DNA of 64,000 bases from contig OZ024757.1 in the NCBI GenBank assembly GCA_964016885.1, positions 11,470,001-11,534,000 of the forward strand. The letters are read 5' to 3'. This document shows positions 16,504 through 30,380 of this stretch, in pieces (the first letter of the stretch is position 1; the number at the start of each line of letters is the position of its first letter). The position numbers were made by a program, and so were the translations under genes. The stretch comes from Eledone cirrhosa. Taxonomy: Eukaryota. Below the pieces are notes generated by a model, which had not been told where the DNA came from, did not search any database, and worked only from the letters and a program-made list of their open reading frames with translations.

Positions 16504-17129
16504 AATTGTTTAATATATATACATACATAATAATACAAGGACGAATGGTTACTGCTTCATTACATTTATTGGTTGGTGACACATATTTCACTATTGATCA
16601 GCTCAAGGTTTGATCTGTATCAATACAGATCAAACCTTGAGCTGATCAATTTACGAAACATGTGTCACCAACCAATAAAAGTAATGAAGGAGCAACCTTT
16701 TGTCCTTGTATTATTCTATTCCACTCTGTCTAGCTCTACACTTCACTACAGACATGAACCTAAAGATGGAGTGCTCACCCAGGTGAACCTACAGTAACTC
16801 CGTGTTACACTCCCTGGATATATATATATATATAATGTGGGTAATATTAAATATTATCCAATTACAAGTATGACAATAGCTCAATGTAAAACAACAAATA
16901 TAATACAGAGCTGAAATATAATTTATTAATAACATTTTTTGATAACATTTTTTGTATTAATTTTTTTATAAATTTTAATAATATTCAGCTTTTTACTCTA
17001 CATTGATAAATTATTTTATTGTATTTGCTAATATATTATTGTAAACTTATTATTAATAATTTTAAAAATAATTCTCTAGTTGTATAATCATTAGCCCTAA
17101 TATTTATTATTGTTATTATTACACCTTGA

Positions 17130-17320
17130 CTAGGGCAGTGGATTGGTAGAGGGTTGGACACCATGCTTTGCAGCATGGAGTTACGGCCATTTACTGTCTG
17201 AGTTGAAATCCTGCCGAGGAAAACTTTGCCTTTCATCCTTAAGGGTTCGATAAAATAAAGTACCAGTAAGACACTGGGGGTAATTGCTGGCCTTGTGCCA
17301 AATGTAGAAACAATTATCAC
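17130..17320 (+). mobile_element. tRNA-derived SINE
   Basis: B-box-like gagttgaaatcc followed by the core gcctttcatcc...tcgataaaataaagtaccagt and ending ggccttgtgccaaatgtagaaaca. Confidence 0.7.
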
Positions 17321-17483
17321 ATTTGAAGTATAACAGATTATCTATATACTTAAGACTGAAAGATGTAGTTGAACGTTTTATTATAAATATATTAAAAATA
17401 TACTTTGAAGATGTATTTTTACATTCTTAAGTTTATATTTGATCCATGCACTAGCTTTTATAGACTTTTGTTATGCTTATGTT

Positions 17484-19420
17484 CATCATCATCATCATCA
17501 TTATTTTACGTGCACTTTTCTCTGCTTGCAAGGGGGTGGGGTCCTATTCAGCACAGCGTCTCTCCACTTGTCACAGTCCTCTGTAGGTAATTCCTCTGTA
17601 GTTGCTGCCCATGTCTCACTACCATGCAGCATTGCACATCTCACACAGGCATCATATAATCGGCCTTTCGTACGCAGGGACAAACCCTTCTTTGTCAACA
17701 GAGGAAGCAGCTCCCTAAACTTCTTCCAACCCGTCCTTATTCTAGATACTATGGCCTCGAAACACCCTCCTCCCATGCTAATCTGATCACCTAGGTACCG
17801 GAAGCTATCAACCCCTTCTATAGAGCCACATGCATTGGAAAAATGTGTCTATCACTGTGATTACTACAGTCAACTTTCCCTGTACATCTACTGCATACAT
17901 AGTTTTCCATACCTGTTAGTTTACCTACTATCCCACTACATCTCTTGTGTACCCAAGATCTGCATTACGTACATTTTATAGAATTTAAGCCAGTTCCTTT
18001 TCTACATATCGAACATGGCCATTTCCCTGATGTAATCAGAGTATTGTCCTCTCTGTTCCTCTATGTTCACTCTCAGTCCTCTTGCTTCCAACTGCTGTTT
18101 CCTTAGCCAGAATTTATTCTCAAGCTCCTCTACTGATTCTGCTATAAGAACCAGATCATCAGCATAGAGAAGTTCCCATGGGTATCCAGTCTTAAACTCC
18201 TCTGTTATAGCTTGGAGGACTATAATGAAGAAGAGCGGGCTATGGACCAAACACTGATGTACACCTACTTGTATCCGGAACTCCTCACTAGACTCCATTG
18301 CTACTCTCAATTTACTGACAGCACCCCTTAACATAGCTTGCACTGTCCTCACAAGCCATTCCTCTACACCTTGTTTCCTTAGGGACCACCAGATAACAGA
18401 TCGAGGTACCCTATCAAAGGCCTTCTCTAAGTCAACAAAAGCTAAGTATAGTGGTTTATTCTTCGCTAAGAACCTGTTTATTCTTCTCTAAGAACTTGTC
18501 TCACCAAGAAGAGGGCATATGTTGTACTTTTCTTAGGCACAAAACCAAACTGCATCTCATCTAATTTGATCCTTTCTCTAATCAGTTGCATTAATATTCT
18601 CTCTGCCACATTCATAACCTGATCCATCAGCTTTATGCCCATATAATTACTCCTCTCCAGAGCATCCCCTTTAGCTTTGTACCAATTTATGAGAATACTG
18701 CTGCACCAGTCTTTGGGTATGACACCACCATATATAGCTTGATTGATGATGTGTGTAACCACTTTAGTGCCTACTTCTGATGCCTTCAGCATCTCAGCAA
18801 CTATCCTCGAGAGTCCAGTAGCCTTGCCATTTTTCATTTCCTTAATTGCCTCTTGTACCCTATATTCGCCAATCTCAATAGCTGGTCCCTTTGTTGGTTC
18901 TACAGGGGATAGTTTCCCTCTCTCCCATTCATTCTCCACATTCATCAGCCTCTCATAATGACATTTCCAGGCCTCCTTTTTTTGATCATTCGTGACACTA
19001 AGTACACCGGCATCATTCCGGACACACTTATCTCCAACATCATCCTGATTTACACTGACACACTGCCTTGCAATGTAGAACACCGCACGCCTCTGATCTT
19101 CCCGTCGCAGAACATTGGCAACCCTCCTACTCTCAGCCTCCGTGCGTGCTAAGTACACCTGACGTCTAGCTTCTTTCCGAGCAGCTGTGTATCGGTCTCT
19201 ACTCCCACCAGTTTTCCAAGCCTTCCATGCTAGTCTTTTGTCTCTAATGGCCTTATCTACCGTGTTGTTCCACCACCAGGTCACTCTCTGTCTGGTCGGA
19301 GCTCTGCTCCAGCCACAAGTTTCTTCAGTAGCCTGCAGTAAGTTGTCACGTAAGAAATTCCAGTTATCATCTATGTCATACGACTCTAAAACGTCTTCTT
19401 TCTCGTCATACACATCTTGA
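17484..19420 (-). mobile_element. RTE LINE family B, 5'-truncated, with 3' deletion
   Basis: Minus ORFs 18478-19413, 18002-18352 (LLYADD) and 17501-17776; (tca)n tail at 17484. Closely similar to 26556-28449. Confidence 0.9.
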
Positions 19421-20469
19421 AGGACTTAAGAGATTTAATATTCTTAAGATTTAGAGGTTTAAACTAATTTTAGTCAATTAAATTTGTTGCTTGTTTTTCT
19501 TGTATTCACTTCTTTAAAAACAAACCTCATTGCTGCTACCACGGTTGTTATGGCTACCTCCCACCACTTCTCTCTCTATCAATGGCAGCAGACGACCAGG
19601 AAAAATATATTAAAATATTATAAATATATCGTATAATATCCTTACAGCTGATTTATTTTATCTAACTTTGTCTTGTTTATCTCATTCTGTTCTTTATAAA
19701 CACATTTATAACATTTTATTAGGTTTTCTCAACGTAAACATCGGCGGTTTCCCCCTCTCTCTATATCTTATACTCCCTCTCTCTGTATATATTATACTCT
19801 CTCTCTCTCTCTCTCACCATTATAAATTGTTAGAAATAACAGCCAAATCTCTCGTAAAACATAAACCTCAATGCCTTAGAACCTGCTAAAAATAGCAGTC
19901 AAACCTCCCTCCCACGCTCATCACTACCATAGAACCTACTAGAAACAGCAGCTAATTCATTATTATTCCTTGTCTTCAAGAGGATGCAAGAAATAGCAAC
20001 TAACTTGATGAAGAAAATATCAGAAATAACAACTAGATCTTCCTCAAATAAAACACACACGTGGTCCTTGTAAAATGCTAGAAATAACAGTCAAATAACG
20101 TAACCAGATAACTTTTAATATAATAATAACAAAGAAAATGTGCTTCAATGTATAACTAAAAATGCTAGAAAAAGCAGCTAAATCTAGTCAAACATGTACT
20201 CGTCTTCTTAAAATATCCCATAATCGTATATTTTAATCTCGTCTCAAGAATCGTAATCTACACATTTTGCTACATCTACTATATAAGTCCCGTCTGTAAA
20301 GTATTATAACTTGTGTATTGTTCACCCGATCTCGCTAACATTTTACACATTGCCAAAGGAGGATGCGAGACGTGGCAATAACAACTATTTATTGCATAAT
20401 TGTTACTTTCAAAGTGATTATCGCCATTTTTTCTAATCCTTGTGTGACTTTGTGTTAAAAAAATCTCCA

Positions 20470-20592
20470 GAGAGAGAGAGAGATAGATAGAGAGAGAAGG
20501 CTTTGTGAGAGGGGAAAGAAAGAGAGATAGAGAGAGAGAGAAGGCTGTGTGAGAGGGGAAAGAAAGAGAAAGAAGAGGCTGTGTGAGAGGAG

Positions 20593-20634
<42 letters not shown>

Positions 20635-20720
20635 CTGTGTGAGAGGGGAAAGAGAGAGAGAGAAGACTGTGTGAGAAGAGAAAGAAAGAGAGAGAGAAAG
20701 AGAGGGCTGTGTGAGAAGAG

Positions 20721-20758
<38 letters not shown>

Positions 20759-20774
20759 CTGTGTGAGAGGGGAA

Positions 20775-20817
<43 letters not shown>

Positions 20818-21112
20818 GCTGTGTGAGAGGGGGAATAAAGAGAGAGAGAGAAGGCTGTGTGAGAGGGGAAAGAAAGAGAGAGAGAGAGAAGGCTGTGTGA
20901 GAGGGGAAAGAAAGAGTGAGAGAGAGAGATGGTTGTGTGAGAGGGGGAAAGAGAGAGGGAGAGAGAGAGAAGGCTGTGTGAGAGGGGGAAAGAAAGAGAG
21001 AGAGAGAAGGCTGTGTGAGAGGGGAAAGAAATAGAGAGAAAGAGAGAAGGCTGTGTGAGAGGGGAAAGAAAGAGAAAGAGAGAGAGAAGGCTTTGTGAGA
21101 AGGGAAAGAGAC
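20470..21112. repeat. (AG)n-based minisatellite with aaggctgtgtgagagggg core
   Basis: About 15 copies of the core separated by variable (AG)n/(GAAA) tracts. Confidence 0.9.
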
Positions 21113-21189
21113 ATATACATATATATATATATATATACATATATATATACATAAACATATATATACATATATATATATATACATATACA

Positions 21190-22462
21190 TTGTTATACTT
21201 GGGGAGGGTCATATTTGTGTAATATTGCCTATTCTTATGTCTAGCCCTATCTCACCTATTCCATGATTTGCTCCTGTATAATGGGAAAATTCCTTTCATG
21301 GAATAGCTTAGATAGGGCTAGACATAAGATATTGAAAGACACCTCATGGTACGACAACCAGAGATACCAGAGTGTCATGTTTGTGGACGCTACCCCTGGC
21401 GGGAAATTAGCTAACCAGTGTAGAAAGGCCCTGAGAATGACCCACTTAAAAATTAACGTGGTAGAAAAGCCAGGAACCACCATAAAATCCCTGATCAGCA
21501 AAACCTACCCTTTTAAGAAAACCCACTGTACCAATAGGAAATGTATCATATGTAAGGTAAACCCCCGGATAAACTGTAAAACTAGAAACGTAGTCTATAG
21601 CATAAGATGTACATAGGGTACTTGCAGAAACATGACAACAACATACATAGGTGAGACAGCTCGTAGCATAGGTGAAAGGATAGACCAACACTGGGAGCAA
21701 CTAAAAGGACGAAAAAACGGGTCAGTACTATACGAACATGCCAGACAACAACATGACGGTAACATAGACAACATAGAAATTAGAATAATATCTAAACATA
21801 GAAATGACCCAGCAGATAGGCAAATCAGAGAGGCCAGTGAAATAGAATTTAGAAGACCAAGGCTAAACAGAAAGAATGAATGGAATAACAACAACACCCA
21901 AACAAACAACACTGACCTAAGAGAAGTATAAATAAGTAAATAAAATAAAATAAATAAATAAACAAATAAATAAATACATACACAAGCACATAAACACACA
22001 CTAGTCACCCAATCATGAACACACATCACACATCAAACAAAACACTATACACAGGCAAACGCATGCGCAAAGAAGACAAAATAAAATAAACAAACAAGTA
22101 AATAAATAAATAAATATATAGACAGACTGAATAAAAATGGCGTAGACATACAATACAACGGGAGGAAATAATAGCACCACTGACGATGTTGCAGATGTGC
22201 AACGAAAGATTTATGATAAGCTATATATATGTGTTTGTGTCCATATTGTATTTTTGACCGTCGGTCAGTCAATGGCAACATTGTGGACCGAGTAAATTAG
22301 GTTACCGATATAAAAGACACAGAAGCGAAAAGCGAAAACCAACCAAACAGTGACTGTGTTCTGTTATTAATTCTGGCAATATTACACAAATATGACCCTC
22401 CCCAAGTATAACAATGTTTGTTTCGACACACGATTTCATATAAAAAACCTCGCAAAACTAAT
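21190..22462 (+). mobile_element. Penelope-like element (Nematis-like family 1), 5'-truncated with inverted 5' segment
   Basis: GIY-YIG endonuclease region (NVVYSIRC...YIGETARS...RQIREA...LNRKNEW) with one stop at 21614. The pLTR runs to 22462; 21190-21299 is inverted; both flanks are (TA)n. Confidence 0.92.
22171..22224 (+). ncRNA. Minimal type I hammerhead ribozyme (PLE pLTR)
   Basis: AUAGC-ACCA CUGACGA U GUUGCA(gaug)UGCAAC GAAA GAUU UA| UGAU-AA-GCUAU: core, 6-bp stem II, interrupted stem I. Confidence 0.7.
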
Positions 22463-22483
22463 TCATCGCCGTTATACATATAC

Positions 22484-22550
<67 letters not shown>

Positions 22551-23248
22551 TATACATATACATATATACATATATATACATATACATATATATATATATA
22601 CATATATATACATATATATATATACATATATATACATATACATAAATATATATATACATATATATACATATATATACATATACATATATATACATATACA
22701 TATATATATATACATATATATACATATATATACATATACATACATATGTATACATATACATATATATATATATATATCATCATCATCATTTAACGTCCAT
22801 CATCCACACTAACATGGAATATATATATTTATATATAAATATATACATTTAAATATATATACATTTCTTATAATGATTATATATACATTTACAAAGATAT
22901 ATACGTCTACACAAAATAATAATATTTTCCTTGCTACCTAGAAATGTTTTCAATAAAATTGACATCTTACCTGAGGGAAATATTTTTCTTGAACAGTTTT
23001 CTTTCAACTAATTTGGTACACTAATTATATAGCACCTTGTATAGTTGATAAAACGATGTGACTACTTTGGTATTTCTACGTGTATATATATATGTTTATA
23101 GCAGTACACGCCCATAGTTCTGTTACACATTAATAACTATTACATACATCTATATGACAAGTAGGGAGTGCTGAGTGATTATGCGTGTGTTTGTTTGAGT
23201 GTTTGTATGTGTTAATATATGTGTGAGGGTGTGTATGTGAGTTTGTGC

Positions 23249-23307
<59 letters not shown>

Positions 23308-23474
23308 GAATAATGATTTCCAGAATGCAACAATGTTATTGATATATTAGACGAAGGGCGTGGTTAGACAGGATGTGAATGTATGTGTGTGTGGGATAAT
23401 GTATGTGTGTGTGTGTGATAATGTATGTGTGAAAATGTGTGTGAATGTATATATATATATATATATTAAGGTGT

Positions 23475-23516
<42 letters not shown>

Positions 23517-24078
23517 ACATACATTTATACATACCCAGGTGGCTATATATATATATATATATACATACATAGTCAGGTCACTAGATATATATATAAATAC
23601 ATGCATACATATGTACATAGCCAGGTCACTATATATATATATACTTACATACATACATATATATATAGTCAGGTCACTATATATATGTATACTTACATAC
23701 ATATCTAGAACAGTCAACAGAACACACCCCCAGCTAAATTCTCGGAAAAGATTCCACTTTCCCAGAATAAGTTTATAAATATTTAAATATATATATACAT
23801 ATGAATGTGTGTATGTGTGAAATTATGTGTGTGAGTGTGAGATATACATGTATATATCACCAGTCACTAGGTCCTATGAGAAACTGCTAAGTTGCTCGCA
23901 TGTGTGCGTGCTGAACTCTGGGTTTTTCCGCTGGGAACCCCCCCCCCATTTTTTTTTGTACATCCATCCATTCACTCATTCATTTACTGCCATTCTACCT
24001 TCCTCCATGCAGCCCCTTTTCGCTCTTGTTTTCTGGCACCTCCATATATATAGATGAGACGCCAGCCACCCACCCCTG

Positions 24079-24666
24079 ATGGCGCTCGGTGCCCCAGTCC
24101 CCGGCGCCACGCCCCAACCCCCACCCCTCCAAATCGACAGCTATTGCGGCACCACTAACAAACGGAACAGAGGCCGGAACTGTTTGGGGTGCGGCTGCTT
24201 CCACCACCTCACCTGCGTTTGCTTGACTCGTCGAGCTTCCAATGTCCTTGCAGCGTGGAAGTGCAGGAGCTGCCTCTTCCCCACGTCTTCCCAGCCACGG
24301 CCGTCTGGCACACCACCAGATGGGACAGAGAGCTTGCCTGACGCCCGAGCCTCACTGGTCAACATCGGTCGGCTCAGGCGGCTCCGGAAGATCCCACACA
24401 GGATCCTGAGAGCGACACGGGTGCTGGTAGCCCATGCCCTCGCTTCCTCGATTGAGAGCGCCCTGGACTCCAATCGAGCCAGTGACTGGGAGCGGCTGTT
24501 TTATTTCGCCCCACTCGCCCTAGGCCTCCCGAGCTCTGCCGCTGAGCGGGGCGGCCGGTCAACAGCAGCCTTCGTCAAGGCCAATATCTCGTCATTTGGG
24601 CGAGCGCCCATTCCAAGCGTGCCCACGGACGCCACACACCCACCCTCAGGTACCCCCTATCCTCCA
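24079..24666 (+). mobile_element. 5' fragment of a CRE-like (restriction-like endonuclease) non-LTR retrotransposon ORF with PHD-like finger
   Basis: GC-rich island; CLGCGCFHHLTCVCLT...WKCRSC followed by RIL(P)RATR...A..L...N..DWERLFYF, which resembles CRE-clade N-termini. The clade call is from memory, not a search. Confidence 0.6.
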
Positions 24667-25505
24667 CCTAGGTGACCAAAGTAGCAGGTGAGGTGGGTGT
24701 TCAGAAAGTACAATAACTAGGGTAAGAACGGGATGGAAGAAGTTTAGGGAACTACTACCACTGCGAGCTGCAGAAGGCTTCTCCCTCAAAATGAAAGGCA
24801 GACTGTATGATGCGTGTATCCGAACAGCAATGTTACATGGTAGTGAGACCTGGGCGCTGAAGGTGGAAGACTTACGTAGATTAGAGAGAAACGAAGCCTG
24901 CATGCTCCGATGGATGTGTAACAGTAATATACGCGAACGACAAAGCATAAACGAATTGAGAGAGAGACTGAGCATAAGAGGAATCAAATGCTGTGTGCAA
25001 GAGAGGCAGTTGCGTTGGTATGGACATGTGATGCGTATGAAGGATGACAGCTGCATAAAAAGGTGCAGAGCATTAGAAGTCGATGGAAACCGCGGAGTGG
25101 GGAGACCCAAGATGACCTGGGATGAGGTGATAAAAGCCGACCTTACCCAATTACACCTCTCAAAGGCGATGACACACGACCGTGACCTCTGGCGTCACGC
25201 AGTAATACAGAGTACCCGACCTCCCATGGGTACAAGCTGAAGCTGCAAGGTGGTCGTGGAGGTGCCACGGCAAAAAAGCACCCAGCCCATACTGTACAGT
25301 GGGCGTGTAGGCGCCACGAAAAAGCACCCAGCACTCACTGTAAATGAGGTTGGTGTTAGGGGCATCCATCTGTAGAAATCAAGCCAAATCAGTTCCTGTA
25401 TGAGCAAGACAAGGTCAGCCAACCTGACACTGCCCACAACAGGACAACCCGTCTAACCCATGCTAGCGTGGAAGAACGGACGTAAAACGGTGATGATGAT
25501 GATGA
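24667..25505 (+). mobile_element. RTE LINE 3' fragment
   Basis: ORF 24791-25240 (GRLYDAC...HGSETW...LRWYGHV...GRPKMTW), followed by 3' UTR and (gat)n tail. Confidence 0.92.
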
Positions 25506-25527
25506 TATATATATATATATATATTTG

Positions 25528-25580
<53 letters not shown>

Positions 25581-25599
25581 GTATATATATGTACATATG

Positions 25600-25630
<31 letters not shown>

Positions 25631-25662
25631 GTATATATATATATGTATATGTATATATATGT

Positions 25663-26320
25663 ATTAGTTTTGCGAGGTTTTTTATATGAAATCGTATGTC
25701 GAAACAAATATTGTTATACTTGGGGAGGGTCATATTTGTGTAATATTGCCAGAATTAATAACAGAACACACTCACTGTTTGGTTGGTTTTCGCTTTTCGC
25801 TTCTGTGTCTTTTATATCGGTAATCTAACTTACTCGGTCCTCAATGTTGCCATTGACTGACCGACGGTCAAAAATAATACAGATACAATATAGACACAAA
25901 CACATTTATATAGTTTATCATAAATCTTTCGTTGCACATCTACAACATCGTCAGTGGTGCTATTGTTTCCTCCCGTTGTACTATATGTCTACGCCATTTT
26001 TATTCAGTCTGTCTATGACAGACAGACTGAATAAAAATGGCGTAGACGTACAGTGCAACGGGAGGAAACAATAGCACCAATAGCACCATTGACAAGGTTG
26101 CAGATGTGCAACGAAAGATTTACGATAAACTATATATATGTGTTTGTGTCTATATTGTATCTGTATTATTTTTGACCGTCGGTCAGTCAATGGCACCATT
26201 GAGGACCGAGTATATTAGATTACCGATATAAAAGACACAGAAGCGAAAACCAACCAAACAGTGAGTGTGTTCTGTTATTAATTCTGGCAATATTACACAA
26301 ATATGACCCTCCCCAAGTAT
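25663..26320. mobile_element. Inverted pair of Nematis-like family 1 pLTRs (no ORF)
   Basis: Arms mirror about 26015-26019 and match 22110-22462. The HHR is on the minus strand at ~25910-25963; the plus-arm core is mutated (TTGACAA). Confidence 0.88.
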
Positions 26321-26381
26321 ATCAATATATATATGTATATATATATGTATATATATGTATATATATATGTATATGTATATA

Positions 26382-26414
<33 letters not shown>

Positions 26415-26423
26415 ATATATATA

Positions 26424-26534
<111 letters not shown>

Positions 26535-26555
26535 TATATATATATGTATATATAT

Positions 26556-28449
26556 GTATACATTGCAAGGCAGTGTGTCAATGCAAATCAGGATGTTGTT
26601 GGAGATAAATGTGTCCGGAATGATGCCGGTGTACATAGTGTCACGAATGATCAGAAAAAGGAGGCCTGGAAATGTCATTATGAGAGACTGGTGAATGTGG
26701 AGAACAAATGGGAGAGAGAGAAATTACCATTGGTAGATCCGACAGAGGGACCAGCTATTGAGATTGACGAATATAAGGTCCAAGAGGCGATTAGGGAAAT
26801 GAAAAATGGTAAGGCTGCCGGACCATCCGGAATAGTTGCTGAGATGCTGAAGGCATCAGGGGACGTAGGCACTAAACTGGTTGCACGCATCAGCAATCAG
26901 GCTGTATATGGTGGTGTCATACCCAAAGACTGGTGCAGCAGTATTCTCATAAATTGCTACAAAGGTAAAGGGGATGCTCTGGAGAGGAGTAATTATAGGG
27001 GTATAAAACTGATAGATCAGGTTATGAAAGTGGCAGATAGAAGTTTAGCACAACTAATTAGAGAAAGGGTCAAACTAGATGAGATTCAGTTTGGTTTTGT
27101 GCCTGGGAAGAGTTCAACAGATGCCCTCTTCTTGGTGAGACAATTGCAAGAGAGGTTCTTAGAGAAGAATAAGCCACTATACTTAGCCTTTGTTGACCTA
27201 GAGAAGGCCTTTGATAGGGTACCCCGATCTGTCATCTGGTGGTCCCTAAGGAAGCTAGGTGTTGAGAAATGGCTTGTGAGGACAGTGCAAACTTTGTACA
27301 GAGGTACTCTCAGTAATGTCAGGGTAGGAATGGAATTTAGTGAGGAATTCCAGATACAAGTAGGAGTACATCAGGGTTCGGTCCTCAGCCCGATCTTGTT
27401 CCTTATAGTCCTCCAAGCCATAACAGAGGAGTTTCAGACTGGCTGTCCATGGGAACTTCTCTATGCTGACGATCTGGTTCTTATAGCAGAATCAGTAGAG
27501 GAGTTAGAGAATAAATTCTGGCTATGGAAACAGCAGTTGGAAGCAAGAGGACTGAGAGTGAATCTAGCTGAGACAAAAGTGTTGATGAGTAGAAAAGAGG
27601 ACAAAACCCTGATTCCGTCACAGAAATGGCTATGTTCAATATGCAGAAAAGGAACTGGCATAAATTCTATAAAATACACACAATGCAGATCCTGGGTACA
27701 CAAGAGATGTAGCGGGATAGCAGGCAAACTAACAGGTAGGGAGAAATATGTATGCAGTAGATGTACAGGGAAATTAGACAGCAGATGATAGACATATTTT
27801 TCAAATGCAGGAGGGCGCTATAGAAGTGGTGGATAGATTCCGGTACCTAGGAGATCAGATTAGCATGGGAGGAGGGTGTTCTGAAGCCATAGTATCTAGA
27901 ATAAGGACGGGTTGGAAGAAGTTTAGGGGGCTGCTTCCTCTGCTGACGAAGAAGGGTTTCTCCCTGCGTACGAAAGGCCGGTTGTATGATGCCTGTGTGA
28001 GGAGCGCGATGCTGCATGGTAGTGAGACATGGGCAGCAACTGCAGAGGATATGCGACGGCTGGGGAGAAATGAGGCAAGCATGCTCCGTTGGATGTGCAG
28101 TGTAAATGTGCGTGAACAACCCAGCATAAATGTGTTGAGAGAGAAACTGTGTCTGAGAGGGATAGAATGTAGTGTACGGGAGAGGAGACTGAGGTGGTAT
28201 GGACATGTGATGCGCATGGAGGATGACCACTGGGTGAAGAAGTGCCAGCAAATGCCAGTTGAAGGAAGACGTGGTAGAGGTAGACCACGAAAAACATGGG
28301 CAGAGGTGGTGAGAACAGACCTCAGATCATTGAAGCTCACGGTGGAGATGACGAGGGACCGTGACGAGTGGAGAGATGCTGTGCTGAATAAGACCCGTCC
28401 CACCCTTGCAAGCAGGGAAAAGCGGACGTAAAATGATGATGATGATGAT
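26556..28449 (+). mobile_element. RTE LINE family B, 5'-truncated
   Basis: ORFs 26544-27788 and 27805-28431 carry full RT motifs ([20 protein letters not shown]); (gat)n tail; inserted in (TA)n. Confidence 0.95.
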
Positions 28450-28462
28450 ATATATATATATG

Positions 28463-28547
<85 letters not shown>

Positions 28548-28548
28548 G

Positions 28549-28579
<31 letters not shown>

Positions 28580-28614
28580 GTATATATATATATGTATATA
28601 TATATGTATATATA

Positions 28615-30266
28615 TGTGCAGTTAGAATCAAAGGAGGCTCTGCTAAAAAACGTCTTGTAAATTGGTCTGCTCGTTTAAAAAAACCTTCTAGGGAAAAAGG
28701 CCAGACTCCCTGATAACTATCAACTGCCATCTGTTCAGGTTTCAGAGCCTTTAGGAATCAATACCTTTCCTTTCACCATGCCTGAGCTCAAAGAAGCCAT
28801 CAAACAGCTCAAAGCTCAAAAGCCTTTGGGCAGGATAATATACCTACCCTGATTTGGAAGGATGAGCAACTTATGTAACCATACTTTCGAGACCAATAAA
28901 CCACCTAGCGTCTGGCATGCAGCTCAAATTATCCCCATGCCCCAAAAAGGAGATCTTTCTTTAGCCACCAACTATAGAGGAATTTCTCTCATGGCAATTG
29001 CTGCAAAAATATACAACAAACTTCTTCTTAACCGCTTAATCCCATTTCTTGAGCCAATCCTTCGTCACAACCAGAATGGATTTAGGAGAGGTAGATCATC
29101 ACTTAACCAGATTCTCTGCCTTCGCCGACTTATAGAGGAGTCCCAAAACCGCAATCTAGACCTTGCACTCATCTTTGTTGATTTTTCAAAAGCCTTCGAC
29201 TCAGTTGACAGGTTGGGGATGTTTGAAATTCTACAACTCTATGGGATTCCTGATAAAATCATCGCGGCCATACGTGTAATGTATACAGATACCAAATCAA
29301 CTGTCCTGACCCCAGATGGGGAAACACCACCTTTCTCAATCCTCGCTGGAATTTTACAGGGCGATACCCTTGTTCCCTATCTATTTATCATTGTTGTGGA
29401 TTATGTTTTGCGCATGTCTGTGGATAGGATTCAGGATAGGGGATACCAACTACAGCCTAGGAGAAGCTCACGCTAACCAGCAAAATACTTGACCGACACC
29501 GACTTTGCTGACGACATCGCATTGATCAGTCGGTCACTGGAAAATGCTGAGAGTCTTTTGAAGTCATTAGAGCAAGCGTCCAACTGTGTTGGACTGTACC
29601 TCAACGAATCCAAGACTGAGTATGTGAACAGATGCGCAAACAGCCCAAACTACCCCATCAGAACCCTTAATGGTACCACCCTTAAGCAGGTGGAAGATTA
29701 CAAGTATCTTGGCTCATATATCTCCTCCTCCAAAAAAGATTTTTTAACCAGGATGGGTATGGCATGATCAGCGTGCAATGACATGCACGCCATATGGACA
29801 TCTCAACTTACCAACAAGCTAAAACTGGAAATATTCCAAGCAGCCATTAAGCCCATATTATATTATGGATCCGAAACTTGGTCACTAACATCACAACTTG
29901 AGAGGAGATTGGATGGCACATATACCCGCCTGTTAATGAGAGTGCAAAACCTATCCTGGAAATGACATCCCACCTTGTCTAAAATCTATGGCAAACTCCC
30001 TCGAGCCTCTGCCCTTCTAAAATCCCGGAGAGCTCAATTTGCTGGCCACTGTCACCGTGCCAGCAATGAAATCATATCCGCTCTCTTGCTCTGGAACCCT
30101 GACTCCAGCCTGACTAGGAGTAGGAGGCTGTCATTCCCTGACGTTATCTCTAGGGATACGGGAATCAGTAGACAGGACCTGGGGGCAGTGATGGGGGACA
30201 GGGTATTCTGGGGCATGAGAGTGAGATCCATCATCTCGACAGTAGTCGACGAATGATGATGATGAT
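28615..30266 (+). mobile_element. Distinct RTE/RTE-X-like LINE (family C), 5'-truncated
   Basis: NYRGISL, QNGFR, FVDFSKAFD, GILQGD, DFADD, YKYLG and YGSETW in one frame broken by stops; ends gtcgacgaa(tga)n. Confidence 0.9.
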
Positions 30267-30333
30267 ATGTGTATATATATATATGTATATATATGTATAT
30301 ATATGTATGTATATATATGTATATATATATATG

Positions 30334-30367
<34 letters not shown>

Positions 30368-30380
30368 TAGATATGTATAT

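Noticed and set aside
17130-17230. tRNA gene
   Set aside because: Only a B-box-like SINE head; no cloverleaf.
19830-20220. Repeated ctagaaatagcagc motifs
   Set aside because: Too degenerate to delimit; probably old repeat fragments.
20279-21212. S/L-rich ORFs of 237-303 aa
   Set aside because: Translations of the (CT)n minisatellite.
27855-28730. Antisense ORFs over LINEs (e.g. 291 aa here, 41012-41515, 5004-5378)
   Set aside because: Shadow frames of RT coding sequence with no independent motifs.
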